From NCBI GenBank assembly GCA_023245335.1, contig JAHFKK010000001.1, positions 1,098,053-1,162,052 on the forward strand: a stretch of 64,000 nucleotides of DNA. Direction: 5' to 3'. Within the stretch, counting starts at the first letter, position 1. Each line of letters starts with the position of its first letter. The stretch comes from Candidatus Gottesmanbacteria bacterium (GTDB lineage: Bacteria; Patescibacteriota; Microgenomatia; UBA10105; UBA927). Below are positions 28,227-40,932 of this stretch, piece by piece. The position numbers and the translations under genes are program-made. The notes under the pieces are model-generated. The model did not search any database. It had not been told where the DNA came from and worked only from the letters and a program-made list of their open reading frames with translations.

Positions 28227-29987
28227 ATGTCATTTGCTCAATATCTCTTCAAACGTATCAATCAAAAATCCGTAGGGATGCTGATCGTCCTTTTGGTCGT
28301 CACGCTTTCGTATGTAAATACGTTTTCCAACGCATTCGTCTGGGATGACTTTGATACCATAGTCAACTGGCAGGCCACCCGGACGTGGGCAAGTATCCCT
28401 ACGATGCTTGCCGGCGCCACGCCACCGGGGCATCCCGGTAATTACCGGCCCGTACGCAATGTACTCTATGTCGTCTCCTATATGCTCTGGGGACAAAATC
28501 CCTGGGGCTATCATCTGCAGGCAATCATACTCGCCGTGCTTATGGCGCTTCTGGTGTATGTCATAACCGAAAAACTGGTTAAACGACCCTTTGCACCGCT
28601 TATCACGGCGCTTCTTTTCGGCGTGCATCCCATGCACGTCGAGGCATTCACCTGGATCACATCCAGTATGGACATGTTCGGCATCGTATTTGGCTTCGGC
28701 GCAGTCGCTGCATTCCTGTCCTGGCGCGACCGGCCAAGCCACTGGGGATGGTATGTCCTGACCTGGGTCCTGACGCTGTTGGCGGCTTTTTCTAACGAAA
28801 TCGCCCTTACCGTGCCCATGCTACTTACGGCCATTATTTTACTCATTCCCCGATACCGCGTCCGCCGGCCTGTTGTCACGATGACGCCTCTCTACATACC
28901 GCTTATCGTCAATGTATTTGTACGGGCAGCCCTTCTTCATATCGGTGCCCGCTACATCTATATAGGCAACAGCTTCTGGAAAACCATGCTCATCATGGGG
29001 AAAGCGCTGGTGCTATATCTGCGGCTTCTGGTATTTCCTGTGGGGCTCACTATCGACCATAGTCTGGGCGGCGGACTGACTTCGTGGGCCGTAGAACTCA
29101 CGAATCCGGGCTCCCGAGGCGAACACGCCGTCACGCTGCTTTCCGTATCGGACCCCATGGTTCTTCTCGCCTTAGCGACCTTACTCACCATCATCATCAT
29201 GTTTTTCGTATACCGGAAACGCAACCCCATTATATCGCTCGGTATCGCCTGGTTTGGGATCGGCATGCTTCCGGTATCGAACCTCATACCGACGGAAGCC
29301 ATGATGACCGAACGGTATGCATTGTTCGCTTCGTTTGGATTTTGTCTCATCGTGGGATACGTTTTGACCAAAACGGCAATTCTTACCAAAATACAGATGC
29401 GCTCGTCGCAATTACTGTGGGTGACGTTCATCCTGATCATCGGAAGCTTCAGCATACTCACCATCATGCGTAATGAGGACTGGGCGAACAATAAGACGCT
29501 TTTTGCATCCGCCGTTGCCCGTAATCCGGACGCCTACGTCTCGCGTCTCCAATTGGCAACCGTATATATAGGAGAAGGAAATATGCAGGCTGCATTGGAT
29601 CAATATCTCATTGTGAGTAAAATTATTCCTCAAGAACCGCAAGTAGATATATATATCGCTACGATGTACTCCGTAATGCAGAAATATCCGGAATCAGTCA
29701 TTTATTTCAACCGTGCACTCAAAAAGGATCCCTGGGACATCGAATCTTACTACCGATTGGGTAATATGATGAAGACACTGAAACGATACGACGAGGCGAT
29801 CGACGTCTACACCACGGGAATCAAATTAGCACCCAATCATATTGCCATGATCAATAACCTCGGAGTCGTCTACAGCATAGAGGGCAAATATGCACAAGCC
29901 CACGAGCTCTTTGAACGCGCCCTCACCATAAATCCGTCCTACGAAAGCGCCCGAGAGAATCTTCTGCATCTTAAAGAACGCAACTAG
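28227..29987 (+). CDS. TMTC-like (GT-C + TPR) putative protein O-glycosyltransferase
   Basis: NAFVWDD..IV.., YRP, YHL, LLF.VHP.HVEA..WI, YL.LL.FP..L..DH, ERY and RN.DW motifs plus several C-terminal TPRs. Confidence 0.85.
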   Translation: MSFAQYLFKRINQKSVGMLIVLLVVTLSYVNTFSNAFVWDDFDTIVNWQATRTWASIPTMLAGATPPGHPGNYRPVRNVLYVVSYMLWGQNPWGYHLQAIILAVLMALLVYVITEKLVKRPFAPLITALLFGVHPMHVEAFTWITSSMDMFGIVFGFGAVAAFLSWRDRPSHWGWYVLTWVLTLLAAFSNEIALTVPMLLTAIILLIPRYRVRRPVVTMTPLYIPLIVNVFVRAALLHIGARYIYIGNSFWKTMLIMGKALVLYLRLLVFPVGLTIDHSLGGGLTSWAVELTNPGSRGEHAVTLLSVSDPMVLLALATLLTIIIMFFVYRKRNPIISLGIAWFGIGMLPVSNLIPTEAMMTERYALFASFGFCLIVGYVLTKTAILTKIQMRSSQLLWVTFILIIGSFSILTIMRNEDWANNKTLFASAVARNPDAYVSRLQLATVYIGEGNMQAALDQYLIVSKIIPQEPQVDIYIATMYSVMQKYPESVIYFNRALKKDPWDIESYYRLGNMMKTLKRYDEAIDVYTTGIKLAPNHIAMINNLGVVYSIEGKYAQAHELFERALTINPSYESARENLLHLKERN

Positions 29988-30039
29988 CGCGTAAAGTGTC
30001 TTGTATTCTGTCTCCTCATGCTGCATAATTTCACCCATC

Positions 30040-31332
30040 ATGAAATTCCCCGCTCACCCTATCACGCGTTGCAGAATATGCCACCATACGGGACTCCGGG
30101 AGATCCTCAGCCTGGGTAATCAGACGGTGTCAACATTTGTCGCTCCCGGCGAAACAGCTCCCGTTGCGCCGCTTACTCTCCTTCTGTGCGACCCCTCAAC
30201 CAGCGGCTGTGGACTCGTACAGCTCAAACACACCTCCCCGGCAAACTCGCTCTACCGGCACTACTGGTACAAATCCGGGGTAAACGCATCAATGAAGTCT
30301 GCTCTCCGGGATGTCGCGCAGTCCGCAGTCAAACGGCATCCGCTCCAAACCGGCGAAATTGTTCTGGATATCGGCGCGAACGACGGAACATTGCTCCGGG
30401 AATTCCGACGGAGAGACCTACGGAAAATAGCAGTGGAGCCAGCAATAAATCTTACGGGTGAACTTTCGCGTCACGCCGACACCGTCATCAACGATTTTTA
30501 TACCCACCGGGCATTTATCAAAGCTTCCAAAGGAAAAAAAGCCGCGATCATTACGACTGTAGCTATGTTTTATGACCTGGAAGACCCGAATTCTTTCGTT
30601 TCTGACCTACGTAAATCTATCGCTCGAAACGGACTTTGGGTTAATCAGATGGCTTCGCTATATGACATGGTCAAATACACAATGTTTGATAATGTATGTC
30701 ACGAACACATTGAATATTATTCGCTTGCGGCTCTAGAAAGACTACTTGCACGACACAAATTCATGGTCGTCGATCTAGAAATAAATGATGTCAACGGCGG
30801 CAGCATGCGCGTCTACGCAACGCCGGCGGCGTACGCGCACACCTATGTCACCCCCCAATCGACAATCCGTTTACGTCACTATAGAGCTTTGGAAAAAACA
30901 ATGCGCCTGGAAGACCCGCAAACCTATAGACAGTTCTCCCGCCGCGTGACCCGGTACAAACACCTCCTTCATACATTCATCGCGAAAGCCAAAACAAAAG
31001 GAAAAACCGTATGGGGGTATGGCGCATCTACGAAAGGAAACACGCTCCTGCAGTATTTTCAATTCAATGACCGCATACTCGCCGCTATTGCGGAACGCAA
31101 TCCTCTTAAATGGGGACGTGTTACCGCCGGCACCCGCATCCCCATCGTTTCGGAATCAGCCATGCGCAAAGCCAAACCGACGTATCTTCTCATCCTACCC
31201 TGGCATTTCCGCCCGGAATTTATACGACGGGAACAAGCATATCTACGAGGCGGCGGTACGATGATCTTCCCGCTTCCCCGGCTGTCACTCGTCACTATGA
31301 AACACGGGAAACTTCATACGACGTATCTCTAA
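30040..31332 (+). CDS. NDP-sugar C-methyltransferase-like SAM methyltransferase
   Basis: CRIC Zn motif, CGLVQL, Y.Y.SG, DIGANDGTLL, FD...HEH..YYS, GGS.R, GYGASTKGNTLL and ILPW.F motifs. Confidence 0.9.
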   Translation: MKFPAHPITRCRICHHTGLREILSLGNQTVSTFVAPGETAPVAPLTLLLCDPSTSGCGLVQLKHTSPANSLYRHYWYKSGVNASMKSALRDVAQSAVKRHPLQTGEIVLDIGANDGTLLREFRRRDLRKIAVEPAINLTGELSRHADTVINDFYTHRAFIKASKGKKAAIITTVAMFYDLEDPNSFVSDLRKSIARNGLWVNQMASLYDMVKYTMFDNVCHEHIEYYSLAALERLLARHKFMVVDLEINDVNGGSMRVYATPAAYAHTYVTPQSTIRLRHYRALEKTMRLEDPQTYRQFSRRVTRYKHLLHTFIAKAKTKGKTVWGYGASTKGNTLLQYFQFNDRILAAIAERNPLKWGRVTAGTRIPIVSESAMRKAKPTYLLILPWHFRPEFIRREQAYLRGGGTMIFPLPRLSLVTMKHGKLHTTYL

Positions 31333-31344
31333 GAATCCCGTCCG

Positions 31345-34300
31345 TTATGGCGTCGGACTCGGGGCTGAAGTCGGCGCCGGGCTTGGTGATATGGTCGGCG
31401 CAGGAGAAAGTGTCGGTGTATCTGTTGGCGCAGGAGTTATCGTATCAGTGATGACGGGAGTGGGCGTCACGGTGGGTTGTATCGAACCCGTCGGTACCGG
31501 TGACACTTGCACGCTACCGCCTAGAGGAATACTTGTCGGAGCTGGGACAGACGGGTTGACGGTCGGAGACGGGGTCGGCGCAACCGTCGACGAACCCGCA
31601 ACCGTGCCCGTCGCCTCCTCCTGACCGGAAGTGAATGTCTTCGCGCTGTCAACGGCAATAGCCGTCCAGGAGAACGTGAGGTCTACCGGTGTATCTTTAT
31701 CCAAAAGAATCATGAATCCCTGGGTCGATTGCCCCGTAACCGCCACGTGGACGTTACTCGTAAATACCGTGTTGACGACCGTCTGATGACATTCATCCAG
31801 CGTCGCATCGGGCGCACAAATACCGTCAGTCATATATTGATGATATTTGTCCGTGGAAAGCGCCGGTATGACGATGGTTGCGTTCACAATCGGCGTCTGG
31901 TCATACGCGGACTGGAACGTAATATCCACAAAGCGCTTTCCCTTTTCGATGACCGCATATCCTGCAGCATCCTGGTTGAATTTCACATTTCCGCGGAAGC
32001 TTACTTTGCCGGAATAAATGACGTCTTTCAAATATTCCACCACATCATGGAACCGTACATGCGCCAGAAATTCTACCTGACCTTTAAAGAGTGCTTGTCC
32101 CAGGGAGACCAGCATCTTATCGACGGTGATCCCCTGTCCGAAGTCAGCCAGTTTATCCAGAATTGATTGCTGTACTTGGGCCGTTTCCGTTGCCTGTCCC
32201 GCGAGAAGTCCTGAGTCTGTCGCGATGGTGAGTTCGCTCAACGCATCCGCGGTATGAGCGATCGTGACTTCGCGCGGTTGTTCCAAAAGTGCCGTATCCT
32301 GTTGGTCCCCGAGATAATAGCCGATATTCACGTTCACGAGGAGTTTCGTTTCATCCGCGGGGGCTGCCGGATCATATGCTTCGGCTGCAGTTCCCAATAT
32401 TTTCCCCGGCTTCGTCGCCTTCATCGCAACCCCGGCAACACCGGAAGATGTGATGGGATCACCGATTTTGATCGCTCCGCCGGTACCGTTTACGCGCGTC
32501 TCTACCCGTCCGCTCAATGCGACGGGCCAGGTCATCGAACTCGATGCGCCGATCGTGAGTCCGGGATCAGCAGAGGCGACGCCCAGGAGCTTACGGTCAT
32601 ACGGGATCGCTGACAGCGTCGCTTCGCCGGTCGTATCGGAAATTGCAAGCACTTGCCCGTCGGGTATATCCGCATCTGTGTTTACATAATAATGTTCTGC
32701 GACATCAGCACCCGCGATGGGATCGGGCCGAAGTGATGCAGCCGGCGTCTCTTGGGAACCTCCCTGCTGTACGAGCGGTGAAGCGCCGTTCTGAATCGGA
32801 TCATCCTGAACGAACGCAAACAAATCTACGTTTGCCGTCCACGGGAAACCGTTTGAAACGGCACCGCCCGCGGCACCTACCTGCGCTTGCCCGACGTTTA
32901 TGGCCGGCCCTAAGTTAAATGTAGGAATGGCATTGGCGTTGGTGGCATTACCACAATAGGTCATGCTGATGCCGTCGGACATATTGTTGTCGACAAAAAA
33001 CCGGATATCATTGGTTGCCCTCGCTTCTATCCTTAGAAGGGCAAACGCGTTAGTTTTGATATTTTGGCCGGCACATTGGACCACCTGGTTATTGGATGCC
33101 GTGCCCATACGGACGTTTCCTGCCCATTGCTGACCCAATCCCGTCGCATTGGCGGAATCACCGTTAAAGAACATAATGGCGCCGGAATTTGGCTGCGTCC
33201 AGGGAATCGTATACTGCCATCCCTGGGAATAATTGTTCGCACCGAAGTACATATTTTTGATGGAGGACATTGCGGTAAATCCGGGTGACGGCATGACTTT
33301 CCAGTACATCACCCATTTATTCGCGATATTGAGTATGGCCGCCGTTGCTGCCCCGGTACCACTACCCATATGTAACCGACACTCGCCGCCTTTGTAACCT
33401 GTATCGGTGAGACTCGTACCATTAGAGCTTGTTTGGGTATCCGGTGAAAGTTCCAAAAGCCCCATACTGCCATTCGTTAAAGCTGATCTTGCCTCGTTTC
33501 CAGTGCAGCCGATAGAACCGGAACTCAAACTTCCGAGTGTGAGCGTCCCGCCTTCATCAAATACCCAGCCATACTGATCACCGAACCTGCCGGTAGCGGT
33601 CTGATCTGCTGTTGCTTGCGCTACGTTTCTATTGAAATTGTCCATATAGAAACTTCCGTCGATGTTGATAAATCCGCCTGATTCCGTCACCCCGTATCCT
33701 TCTCCGGTGAAGTATTCTTTGAGTGACGCGAGTGTCGTGCCTGACGCACTTTGATAACTGAGTGCGCTGCCGTCGGCGAGTTGTATGACGGGTGCGGTAT
33801 TCGTGAATTGGATATCTCTGTCGTAACCTGTGCCAATTTTCAGCGCGACCTCTGTCGCGTTTGCCTGCCCGGTAACATTTCCTATGGATATTGCTTCCAG
33901 TGTTCGGCCCGCAGTATTGTCATTTGAAGTGAGGTTTACACGAAGTCCTGCGTTATCAACGGTAGAACTGCCGCCGTTTGCAAAATCTATCTGTAAACCG
34001 TCTACGCCTGCTGTCGCTGCACCCTGACTGGTACCGGTATTGAGGATATTCATCATATCCACAGTGGGTGCAGTAGAGGTTGCCATCGTAACCTGGAATT
34101 GTGTCCCGGTCGTATCCTGAAAAATGATACTGCCATTGGTTCCTGTCATAAGCACGGTTTGATCACCCGCAGATCCCGTCGTGTAGGCTTGTTGCAACGT
34201 CCCGCCCCCACCGCCGCCTGTTCCCGTAGCCCCGGTGGGACCGATAGGACCGGTAGTTCCCTGAAGTCCCGTCGGGCCGGTTGTACCTGTCGGGCCGGTC

Positions 34301-37300
34301 ACTGCCGCCCCGACGTCTCCCGTGCTTCCTGTTGCGCCGGTCGGGCCGTTGGTCTGACCAGTCGGACCAGTCGGACCAGTCGGACCGTTATTACCGGTTG
34401 TACCGGTTACTCCTGTCGGACCGTTTGCTCCGGCACCGCCATTACCTCCGGTTGCACCGGTTGAACCAGTGGGACCGGCATTACCAGTAACGCCTGTTGA
34501 ACCTGTAGGACCGGCATTACCGGTTGCGCCCGTACTTCCCGTTGGCCCGGAAGAACCTTGTGTTCCGGTAGATCCTGTGGAACCGGTTGGTCCGGATGAA
34601 CCTGCAGTCCCGTTAGCTCCGGTAGAACCCGTCGGCCCCGTAGGACCATTATTTCCTGTTGCTCCGGTCGAGCCAGTTGGTCCAGCATTTCCAGTAGTAC
34701 CGGTTGAGCCAGTGGGACCTGAAGTTCCTTGAGTTCCGGTCGCACCGGTTGAGCCGGTAGGACCACTTGACCCTTGAGCTCCTGTTGCTCCGGTAGAACC
34801 CGTCGGCCCCGTAGGACCATTATTTCCTGTTGCTCCGGTCGAGCCCGTTGATCCCGTTGGTCCGTTATTTCCGGTAGACCCGGTGGAACCAGTGGGACCG
34901 TTTGCGCCGTTTGCCCCAGCTCCGCCAGCGGTACCCGTAGCACCTGTTGAGCCGGTTGGACCGCTCGAACCCTGTGTACCTGTAGCCCCGGTCGACCCGG
35001 TGGAACCAGTGGGACCGTTGTTCCCGGTTACACCAGTTGAACCAGTGGGACCGGCATTGCCAGTTGTTCCTGTTGTCCCTGTCGGACCACCTGCGCCTTG
35101 TGTGCCTGTTGCACCCGTCGAGCCGGTGGGGCCGGAAGATCCTTGTGTCCCGGTCGCACCTGTTGAGCCGGTACTACCGCTCGGACCGTTGTTTCCCGTT
35201 GTTCCAGTTGAACCAGTCGGCCCATTATTTCCAGTAGATCCTGTTGAACCAGTTGGGCCGGAACCGCCACCCGCTCCGGTTGCACCGGTACTGCCTGTCG
35301 GTCCTGACGAACCTTGTATTCCCGTCGCACCAGTAGAACCAGTGCTTCCCGTGGGGCCGTTATTTCCTGTTATACCTGTGGATCCGGTCGGACCCGCGTT
35401 TCCTGTGGCTCCTGAGGAACCGGTCGGGCCGGAAGATCCTTGCGTCCCGGTTGCACCGGTAGAACCTGTGGGACCGGAAGATCCCTGTACACCAGTTGCT
35501 CCGGTAGAGCCTGTTGAACCCGTAGGACCATTGTTTCCTGTGGCACCCGTACTCCCGGTGGGGCCGGCGTTACCAGTGGAACCGGTGCTTCCCGTTGGGC
35601 CGGAAGATCCTTGTGTCCCGGTCGCACCCGTACTCCCGGTCGGACCAACATTTCCAGTTATTCCCGTACTTCCTGTCGGACCAACATTTCCTGTTGACCC
35701 AGTTGATCCAGTCGGTCCGGAACCACCAGCTGCTCCGGTAACACCAGTTGAGCCAGTAGGACCGGAAAATCCTTGCGTACCTGTAGCCCCGGTCGATCCG
35801 GTAGATCCTGTGGGACCGGCATTACCCGTGGATCCTGTTGAACCAGTCGGACCGGCATTACCCGTGGATCCTGTTGAACCAGTCGGACCGTTTGATCCTT
35901 GTGTTCCGGTTGAACCAGTACTACCAGTGGGCCCGGATGAGCCTTGAGTACCTGTTGCACCTGTCGATCCCGTATTACCCGTCGGACCAGCATTTCCTGT
36001 TGCACCCGTTGAACCGGTGGGGCCGTTATTTCCTGTTGACCCCGTACTCCCGGTCGGACCTGAGCTTCCGCCTGCACCTGTCGCACCTGTTGATCCGGTA
36101 GGCCCGGATGAGCCTTGAGTACCTGTTGCTCCGGTTGATCCTGTGCTACCAGTTGGTCCATTGTTTCCCGTTGTACCAGTTGACCCCGTGGGTCCATTGT
36201 TTCCCGTTGCTCCCGTACTTCCGGTTGGACCGGAACTTCCTCCCGTGCCGGTAGATCCTGTTGATCCCGTTGGGCCAGACGAACCTTGAGTTCCTGTTGC
36301 TCCTGTGGAACCGGTGGGGCCACCGTTACCTGTTGTTCCTGTTGATCCAGTCGGACCGTTGGATCCTTGTGTTCCCGTTGAACCGGTTGAGCCAGTCGGA
36401 CCACTTGACCCTTGGGCGCCCGTCGCACCGGTTGAGCCTGTGCTACCAGTTGGCCCGGCGTTTCCTGTGGCCCCTGTTGAACCCGTTGGGCCGGTCGGAC
36501 CATTGTTTCCTGTTGTTCCCGTAGAACCAGTCGGACCTGCATTTCCGGTCGTACCAGTTGATCCGGTGGGACCGCTTGAACCTTGAACTCCTGTCGTTCC
36601 AGTTGAACCCGTTGATCCAGTGGGCCCGTTATTTCCAGTTGAACCCGTACTTCCTGTAGGACCGGCATTACCGGTAGTACCTGTTGAACCCGTGGGACCA
36701 GATCCGCCACCAGCACCTGTCGCACCAGTTGATCCTGTAGGACCGGAAGAACCTTGGGTACCAGTTGCGCCCGTTGATCCCGTAGAACCTGTCGGGCCAT
36801 TTATTCCAGTAGTTCCAGTGGAACCGGTCGGTCCGTTATTGCCTGTTGTTCCTGTTGATCCAGTCGGACCGTTGGATCCTTGTGTTCCCGTTGACCCGGT
36901 ACTACCAGTCGGACCACTTGACCCTTGGGCGCCCGTCGCACCGGTTGAGCCGGTAGAACCTGTCGGGCCTACATTTCCAGTCGCTCCGGTTGACCCCGTG
37001 GGCCCATTATTTCCCGTTGCACCAGTTGATCCGGTGGGACCGGATGAACCTTGTGTTCCGGTAGCTCCTGTGGAACCGGTGGGACCCGATGAACCTTGTG
37101 TTCCTGTTGATCCTGTAGAACCGGTTGTACCGGTGGGACCATTGTTTCCTGTTGGTCCAGTTGAGCCAGTAGGACCGGCATTACCGGTAGAACCTGTGGA
37201 ACCCGTGGGGCCAGATCCGCCACCAGCACCTGTCGCACCCGTTGATCCCGTTGGGCCGGAAGATCCCTGTGTCCCTGTTGCACCCGTTGATCCCGTAGAA

Positions 37301-40300
37301 CCTGTGGGGCCTGCATTTCCTGTTGTCCCCGTAGAACCAGTCGGACCGGCGTTTCCCGTTGATCCCGTACTTCCGGTTGGACCGGAAGAACCTTGAGTTC
37401 CCGTTGACCCAGTACTACCCGTCGGACCACTTGACCCTTGGGCGCCCGTCGCTCCGGTTGATCCTGTAGAACCTGTGGGGCCTGCATTTCCTGTAGCTCC
37501 TGTTGATCCCGTTGGCCCATTATTTCCGGTAGCTCCGGTTGATCCGCTGGGACCATTTACCCCAGCTCCACCGGCTGTTCCGGTAGCTCCGGTTGATCCC
37601 GTTGGGCCAGACGAACCTTGCGTTCCTGTTGCACCCGTTGATCCCGTAGAACCTGTCGGGCCATTGTTTCCTGTTGACCCGGTGGAACCGGTCGGGCCAT
37701 TGTTTCCGGTTGCGCCCGTTACACCTGTTGGGCCACCTGCACCTTGTGTCCCTGTTACACCTGTGGAACCGGTGGGACCGGAAGATCCCTGTGTCCCTGT
37801 TGCACCGGTACTTCCGGTTGTACCGGTGGGACCATTGTTTCCCGTTACACCAGTAGACCCCGTGGGTCCATTGTTTCCTGTAGAACCTGTGGAACCAGTT
37901 GCTCCGTTTGCTCCGGCATTCCCGGCTGTTCCTGTCGCACCAGTTGATCCCGTTGGGCCAGACGAACCTTGCGTTCCTGTTGCACCCGTGGAACCGGTAC
38001 TTCCGGTGGGACCAACGTTTCCTGTTGTTCCAGTTGAACCAGTCGGACCATTGTTTCCAGTTGATCCCGTACTTCCGGTTGGACCGGAAGATCCTTGCGT
38101 CCCTGTTGCTCCTGTGGAACCGGTGGGACCCGATGAACCTTGCGTTCCTGTTGCACCCGTTGATCCCGTAGAACCTGTGGGGCCTGCATTTCCTGTTGTC
38201 CCTGTTGAGCCGGTAGGACCATTGTTGCCGGTTACTCCTGTGCTTCCCGTCGGACCATTGGATCCTTGTGTTCCCGTTGACCCGGTACTACCCGTCGGAC
38301 CACTTGACCCTTGGGCGCCCGTTGCACCTGTGGGACCAGCATTTCCTGTTGTTCCAGTTGAGCCGGTCGGACCATTGTTGCCAGTTGCGCCAGTACTTCC
38401 GGTTGGACCGGAAGATCCTTGCGTCCCTGTTGCTCCTGTGGAACCGGTGGGACCCGATGAACCTTGCGTTCCTGTTGCACCCGTGGAACCGGTTGGACCG
38501 ACGTTACCGGTTATTCCTGTTGATCCTGTCGGACCGTTATTACCTGTCGTTCCTGTAGATCCTGTCGGACCGGAAAAACCTTGAGCTCCTGTTGCTCCAG
38601 TTGATCCCGTTGATCCGGTCGGACCATTGTTTCCTGTTGAACCAGAACTTCCTGTAGGACCGGCATTACCGGTAGTACCTGTTGAACCCGTGGGGCCGGA
38701 TCCACCACCAGCACCTGTCGCGCCAGTTGAACCAGTAGGACCAGAAGATCCTTGGGTACCCGTTGCTCCTGTGGAACCAGTTGTTCCGGTCGGACCAGCG
38801 TTTCCGGTAGCTCCGGTAGAACCGGTCGGACCAGCGTTTCCAGTTGTTCCAGTTGAGCCTGTTGCTCCATTGGCTCCATTTGCGCCGGCAGTCCCGGCAG
38901 TTCCCGTAGCGCCGGTGGAACCGGTGGGACCAGATGAACCTTGAATTCCTGTTGATCCCGTACTTCCTGTCGGACCGTTTGTACCGGTAGTTCCAGTAGA
39001 ACCGGTCGGTCCTGCATTTCCGCTCGGGCCTGTTGCTCCCGTCGGGCCGGCTGCACCGGCTGCACCACCCTGTGATCCGGTCGGTCCTGTTGCCCCAGTA
39101 GGACCACCTTCGCCGGTAACCCCTGTTGATCCAGTACTTCCAGTCGCGCCCGTGGAACCACTCGTCCCTACTCCACCGGTTGCACCGGTGGAACCGGTCG
39201 GACCGCTTACTCCTTGAATACCTGTTGCTCCTGTAGAACCGGTTGGACCGGCATTGCCGGTAGATCCCGTACTACCAGTTGGACCTGAGGAACCTGCAGA
39301 TCCAGTTGCGCCACTTGACCCAGTCGGACCATTATTTCCTGTAGATCCGGTAGAACCGGTCGGACCCGCATTCCCTGTAGGCCCTGTCGATCCGGTTGGT
39401 CCATTCCCACCATTTGCACCTGTTGCACCTGTACTACCAGTTGGACCTGAGGAACCTGCAGATCCAGTTGCGCCACTTGACCCAGTCGGACCGGCGATAC
39501 CTGTTATACCTGTGGCTCCGGTAGGACCACTCGTCCCTATTCCACCGGTTGCACCGGTAGAACCGGTCGGACCGCCGATTCCGGTGGCGCCCGTAACACC
39601 GGTTGATCCTGTAGGTCCAACTATACCTGTCGCTCCTGTTGAACCGGTAGGTCCGTTTGACCCGCCTCCGCCACCCCCGCTACCGGTACCGGTAGCTCCG
39701 GTGGGACCTATGGGACCGAGTTCTCCGGTAGATCCCGCTGTCCCGACACCAGTTGCCCCGGTTGCCCCGTCTACACCAATAGTGCCGTTCGTTCCGTTCG
39801 TCCCATTAGAGCCATTTGCTCCCGCATCTCCTTTCTCTCCCTGGGGGCCACTGACTCCTGTAGCTCCTGTTGCGCCAGTTTCCCCAATACCTCCGAATGT
39901 GCCGCCGGAATAAAGCGTAGCGCTGCCGGTTTGCAATCCTGTGTTGTTCTGCTGTTGAGTCGTATTGAAGTTGTTGACTGTGGTAAATTGCGGGCTAAGT
40001 TGTTGTGTCGCGGTGGGTGAAGAAGTAACTGATGTAGAACCTATCCTAATGATACCTTGTGCATCAAAACGTTGCACGGTCAATCCAATTGTTGGCAAGT
40101 TTGGTGCCAATATCTGAGGTGATGATCCAAAAGAACCCGCATCTGTCGAAACTCCTAATACGCTCGTGTCGTTATTCGATACGACAACCATCTTGAGTGT
40201 TTCACGGCTTATGAGTGTTGAGACGGCATCCAGAGATTGTAAGGTCGGCTGAATAGAAAGCGACAGCATGGCGTTATTGGCACTTCTATCTCCCGTAATG

Positions 40301-40932
40301 CGGCTGTGTTGAATATCAGTTATAGCCGAAAAATTACTAATGAGTTTGTCGCCTGCTACCGTCGCATCTGTATAATGAACCGGAAGTATGGAACCATCCG
40401 GTAATGTTATACCGGCCACGAGATGCTCTAGAATCTTTGCCTGATTTCCTGCCCCTTGTTTTGAGATAAAAAGCGGTATCACACCGTTCGCATCTTCAGA
40501 CACGGTCCCGCTGTCGCCGTTTGCATACTGGAGAGTAATATCACCGATAAACTTGCCATTCTGAAGTAGTGCTTCATGAACAAACGCATACGAATAAGAG
40601 CCATCCGGTAGCTGGACAATAAGGAGAAGCGGTCCGTTCCAATCGCTTTTCATGAGAAGATCACTCGTAAGTTGTGGTATTTCCGGGGTCGTCGGCGGTT
40701 GGGGAGACGTAGTAGTCGTATTTTTCGCTACGTTCAAACCGCGGATGGCCGAATATGTGCCCCACGCCAAAGTTGTCAGAATAGCCCCAACGAGGAAAAT
40801 AAGAAAGTACTGGACAAACCCAGCCTCAGATTGTGCATGACGACTGTTAATATGTGCACTCCATACAGAATGACAAAATCCGCTTGAGGCGGATCTTTGG
40901 TGCATAGCGGGACGCCATTTTTTGTCTTTCAC
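31345..40932 (-). CDS. Giant (~3,195 aa) collagen-like surface protein with a tailspike-type autocleaving chaperone motif
   Basis: N-terminal TM, ~1,900-aa Gly-X-Y region, beta-rich head, GADVAEHY...GV.S..PG...VALSGRV...I..GD.ITSS...G.AMKA motif, Pro/Thr tail; GTG start at 40932 overlaps the upstream TGA (alternative ATG 40905). Confidence 0.9.
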   Translation of the reverse strand: MKDKKWRPAMHQRSASSGFCHSVWSAHINSRHAQSEAGFVQYFLIFLVGAILTTLAWGTYSAIRGLNVAKNTTTTSPQPPTTPEIPQLTSDLLMKSDWNGPLLLIVQLPDGSYSYAFVHEALLQNGKFIGDITLQYANGDSGTVSEDANGVIPLFISKQGAGNQAKILEHLVAGITLPDGSILPVHYTDATVAGDKLISNFSAITDIQHSRITGDRSANNAMLSLSIQPTLQSLDAVSTLISRETLKMVVVSNNDTSVLGVSTDAGSFGSSPQILAPNLPTIGLTVQRFDAQGIIRIGSTSVTSSPTATQQLSPQFTTVNNFNTTQQQNNTGLQTGSATLYSGGTFGGIGETGATGATGVSGPQGEKGDAGANGSNGTNGTNGTIGVDGATGATGVGTAGSTGELGPIGPTGATGTGSGGGGGGSNGPTGSTGATGIVGPTGSTGVTGATGIGGPTGSTGATGGIGTSGPTGATGITGIAGPTGSSGATGSAGSSGPTGSTGATGANGGNGPTGSTGPTGNAGPTGSTGSTGNNGPTGSSGATGSAGSSGPTGSTGSTGNAGPTGSTGATGIQGVSGPTGSTGATGGVGTSGSTGATGSTGSTGVTGEGGPTGATGPTGSQGGAAGAAGPTGATGPSGNAGPTGSTGTTGTNGPTGSTGSTGIQGSSGPTGSTGATGTAGTAGANGANGATGSTGTTGNAGPTGSTGATGNAGPTGTTGSTGATGTQGSSGPTGSTGATGAGGGSGPTGSTGTTGNAGPTGSSGSTGNNGPTGSTGSTGATGAQGFSGPTGSTGTTGNNGPTGSTGITGNVGPTGSTGATGTQGSSGPTGSTGATGTQGSSGPTGSTGATGNNGPTGSTGTTGNAGPTGATGAQGSSGPTGSTGSTGTQGSNGPTGSTGVTGNNGPTGSTGTTGNAGPTGSTGSTGATGTQGSSGPTGSTGATGTQGSSGPTGSTGSTGNNGPTGSTGTTGNVGPTGSTGSTGATGTQGSSGPTGSTGATGTAGNAGANGATGSTGSTGNNGPTGSTGVTGNNGPTGTTGSTGATGTQGSSGPTGSTGVTGTQGAGGPTGVTGATGNNGPTGSTGSTGNNGPTGSTGSTGATGTQGSSGPTGSTGATGTAGGAGVNGPSGSTGATGNNGPTGSTGATGNAGPTGSTGSTGATGAQGSSGPTGSTGSTGTQGSSGPTGSTGSTGNAGPTGSTGTTGNAGPTGSTGSTGATGTQGSSGPTGSTGATGAGGGSGPTGSTGSTGNAGPTGSTGPTGNNGPTGTTGSTGSTGTQGSSGPTGSTGATGTQGSSGPTGSTGATGNNGPTGSTGATGNVGPTGSTGSTGATGAQGSSGPTGSTGSTGTQGSNGPTGSTGTTGNNGPTGSTGTTGINGPTGSTGSTGATGTQGSSGPTGSTGATGAGGGSGPTGSTGTTGNAGPTGSTGSTGNNGPTGSTGSTGTTGVQGSSGPTGSTGTTGNAGPTGSTGTTGNNGPTGPTGSTGATGNAGPTGSTGSTGATGAQGSSGPTGSTGSTGTQGSNGPTGSTGTTGNGGPTGSTGATGTQGSSGPTGSTGSTGTGGSSGPTGSTGATGNNGPTGSTGTTGNNGPTGSTGSTGATGTQGSSGPTGSTGATGAGGSSGPTGSTGSTGNNGPTGSTGATGNAGPTGNTGSTGATGTQGSSGPTGSTGSTGTQGSNGPTGSTGSTGNAGPTGSTGSTGNAGPTGSTGSTGATGTQGFSGPTGSTGVTGAAGGSGPTGSTGSTGNVGPTGSTGITGNVGPTGSTGATGTQGSSGPTGSTGSTGNAGPTGSTGATGNNGPTGSTGSTGATGVQGSSGPTGSTGATGTQGSSGPTGSSGATGNAGPTGSTGITGNNGPTGSTGSTGATGIQGSSGPTGSTGATGAGGGSGPTGSTGSTGNNGPTGSTGTTGNNGPSGSTGSTGATGTQGSSGPTGSTGATGTQGAGGPTGTTGTTGNAGPTGSTGVTGNNGPTGSTGSTGATGTQGSSGPTGSTGATGTAGGAGANGANGPTGSTGSTGNNGPTGSTGSTGATGNNGPTGPTGSTGATGAQGSSGPTGSTGATGTQGTSGPTGSTGTTGNAGPTGSTGATGNNGPTGPTGSTGANGTAGSSGPTGSTGSTGTQGSSGPTGSTGATGNAGPTGSTGVTGNAGPTGSTGATGGNGGAGANGPTGVTGTTGNNGPTGPTGPTGQTNGPTGATGSTGDVGAAVTGPTGTTGPTGLQGTTGPIGPTGATGTGGGGGGTLQQAYTTGSAGDQTVLMTGTNGSIIFQDTTGTQFQVTMATSTAPTVDMMNILNTGTSQGAATAGVDGLQIDFANGGSSTVDNAGLRVNLTSNDNTAGRTLEAISIGNVTGQANATEVALKIGTGYDRDIQFTNTAPVIQLADGSALSYQSASGTTLASLKEYFTGEGYGVTESGGFINIDGSFYMDNFNRNVAQATADQTATGRFGDQYGWVFDEGGTLTLGSLSSGSIGCTGNEARSALTNGSMGLLELSPDTQTSSNGTSLTDTGYKGGECRLHMGSGTGAATAAILNIANKWVMYWKVMPSPGFTAMSSIKNMYFGANNYSQGWQYTIPWTQPNSGAIMFFNGDSANATGLGQQWAGNVRMGTASNNQVVQCAGQNIKTNAFALLRIEARATNDIRFFVDNNMSDGISMTYCGNATNANAIPTFNLGPAINVGQAQVGAAGGAVSNGFPWTANVDLFAFVQDDPIQNGASPLVQQGGSQETPAASLRPDPIAGADVAEHYYVNTDADIPDGQVLAISDTTGEATLSAIPYDRKLLGVASADPGLTIGASSSMTWPVALSGRVETRVNGTGGAIKIGDPITSSGVAGVAMKATKPGKILGTAAEAYDPAAPADETKLLVNVNIGYYLGDQQDTALLEQPREVTIAHTADALSELTIATDSGLLAGQATETAQVQQSILDKLADFGQGITVDKMLVSLGQALFKGQVEFLAHVRFHDVVEYLKDVIYSGKVSFRGNVKFNQDAAGYAVIEKGKRFVDITFQSAYDQTPIVNATIVIPALSTDKYHQYMTDGICAPDATLDECHQTVVNTVFTSNVHVAVTGQSTQGFMILLDKDTPVDLTFSWTAIAVDSAKTFTSGQEEATGTVAGSSTVAPTPSPTVNPSVPAPTSIPLGGSVQVSPVPTGSIQPTVTPTPVITDTITPAPTDTPTLSPAPTISPSPAPTSAPSPTP
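34201..39894 (-). repeat. Collagen (Gly-X-Y)n coding repeat, ~630 triplets dominated by [12 protein letters not shown]
   Basis: Translation; the core 34351-39057 is 4707 nt = 523 triplets with no register break seen. Confidence 0.95.

Noticed and set aside
34201-39894. Possible CRISPR array or DNA-level satellite
   Set aside because: The 9-bp period reflects protein triplets with varied codons; no constant repeat with unique spacers and no cas genes in the window
33830-39913. Many long + strand Pro/Val-rich ORFs and alternative-frame Gln/Val-rich ORFs
   Set aside because: Shadows of the Gly-X-Y codon repeat on the opposite strand and other frames; no independent coding evidence
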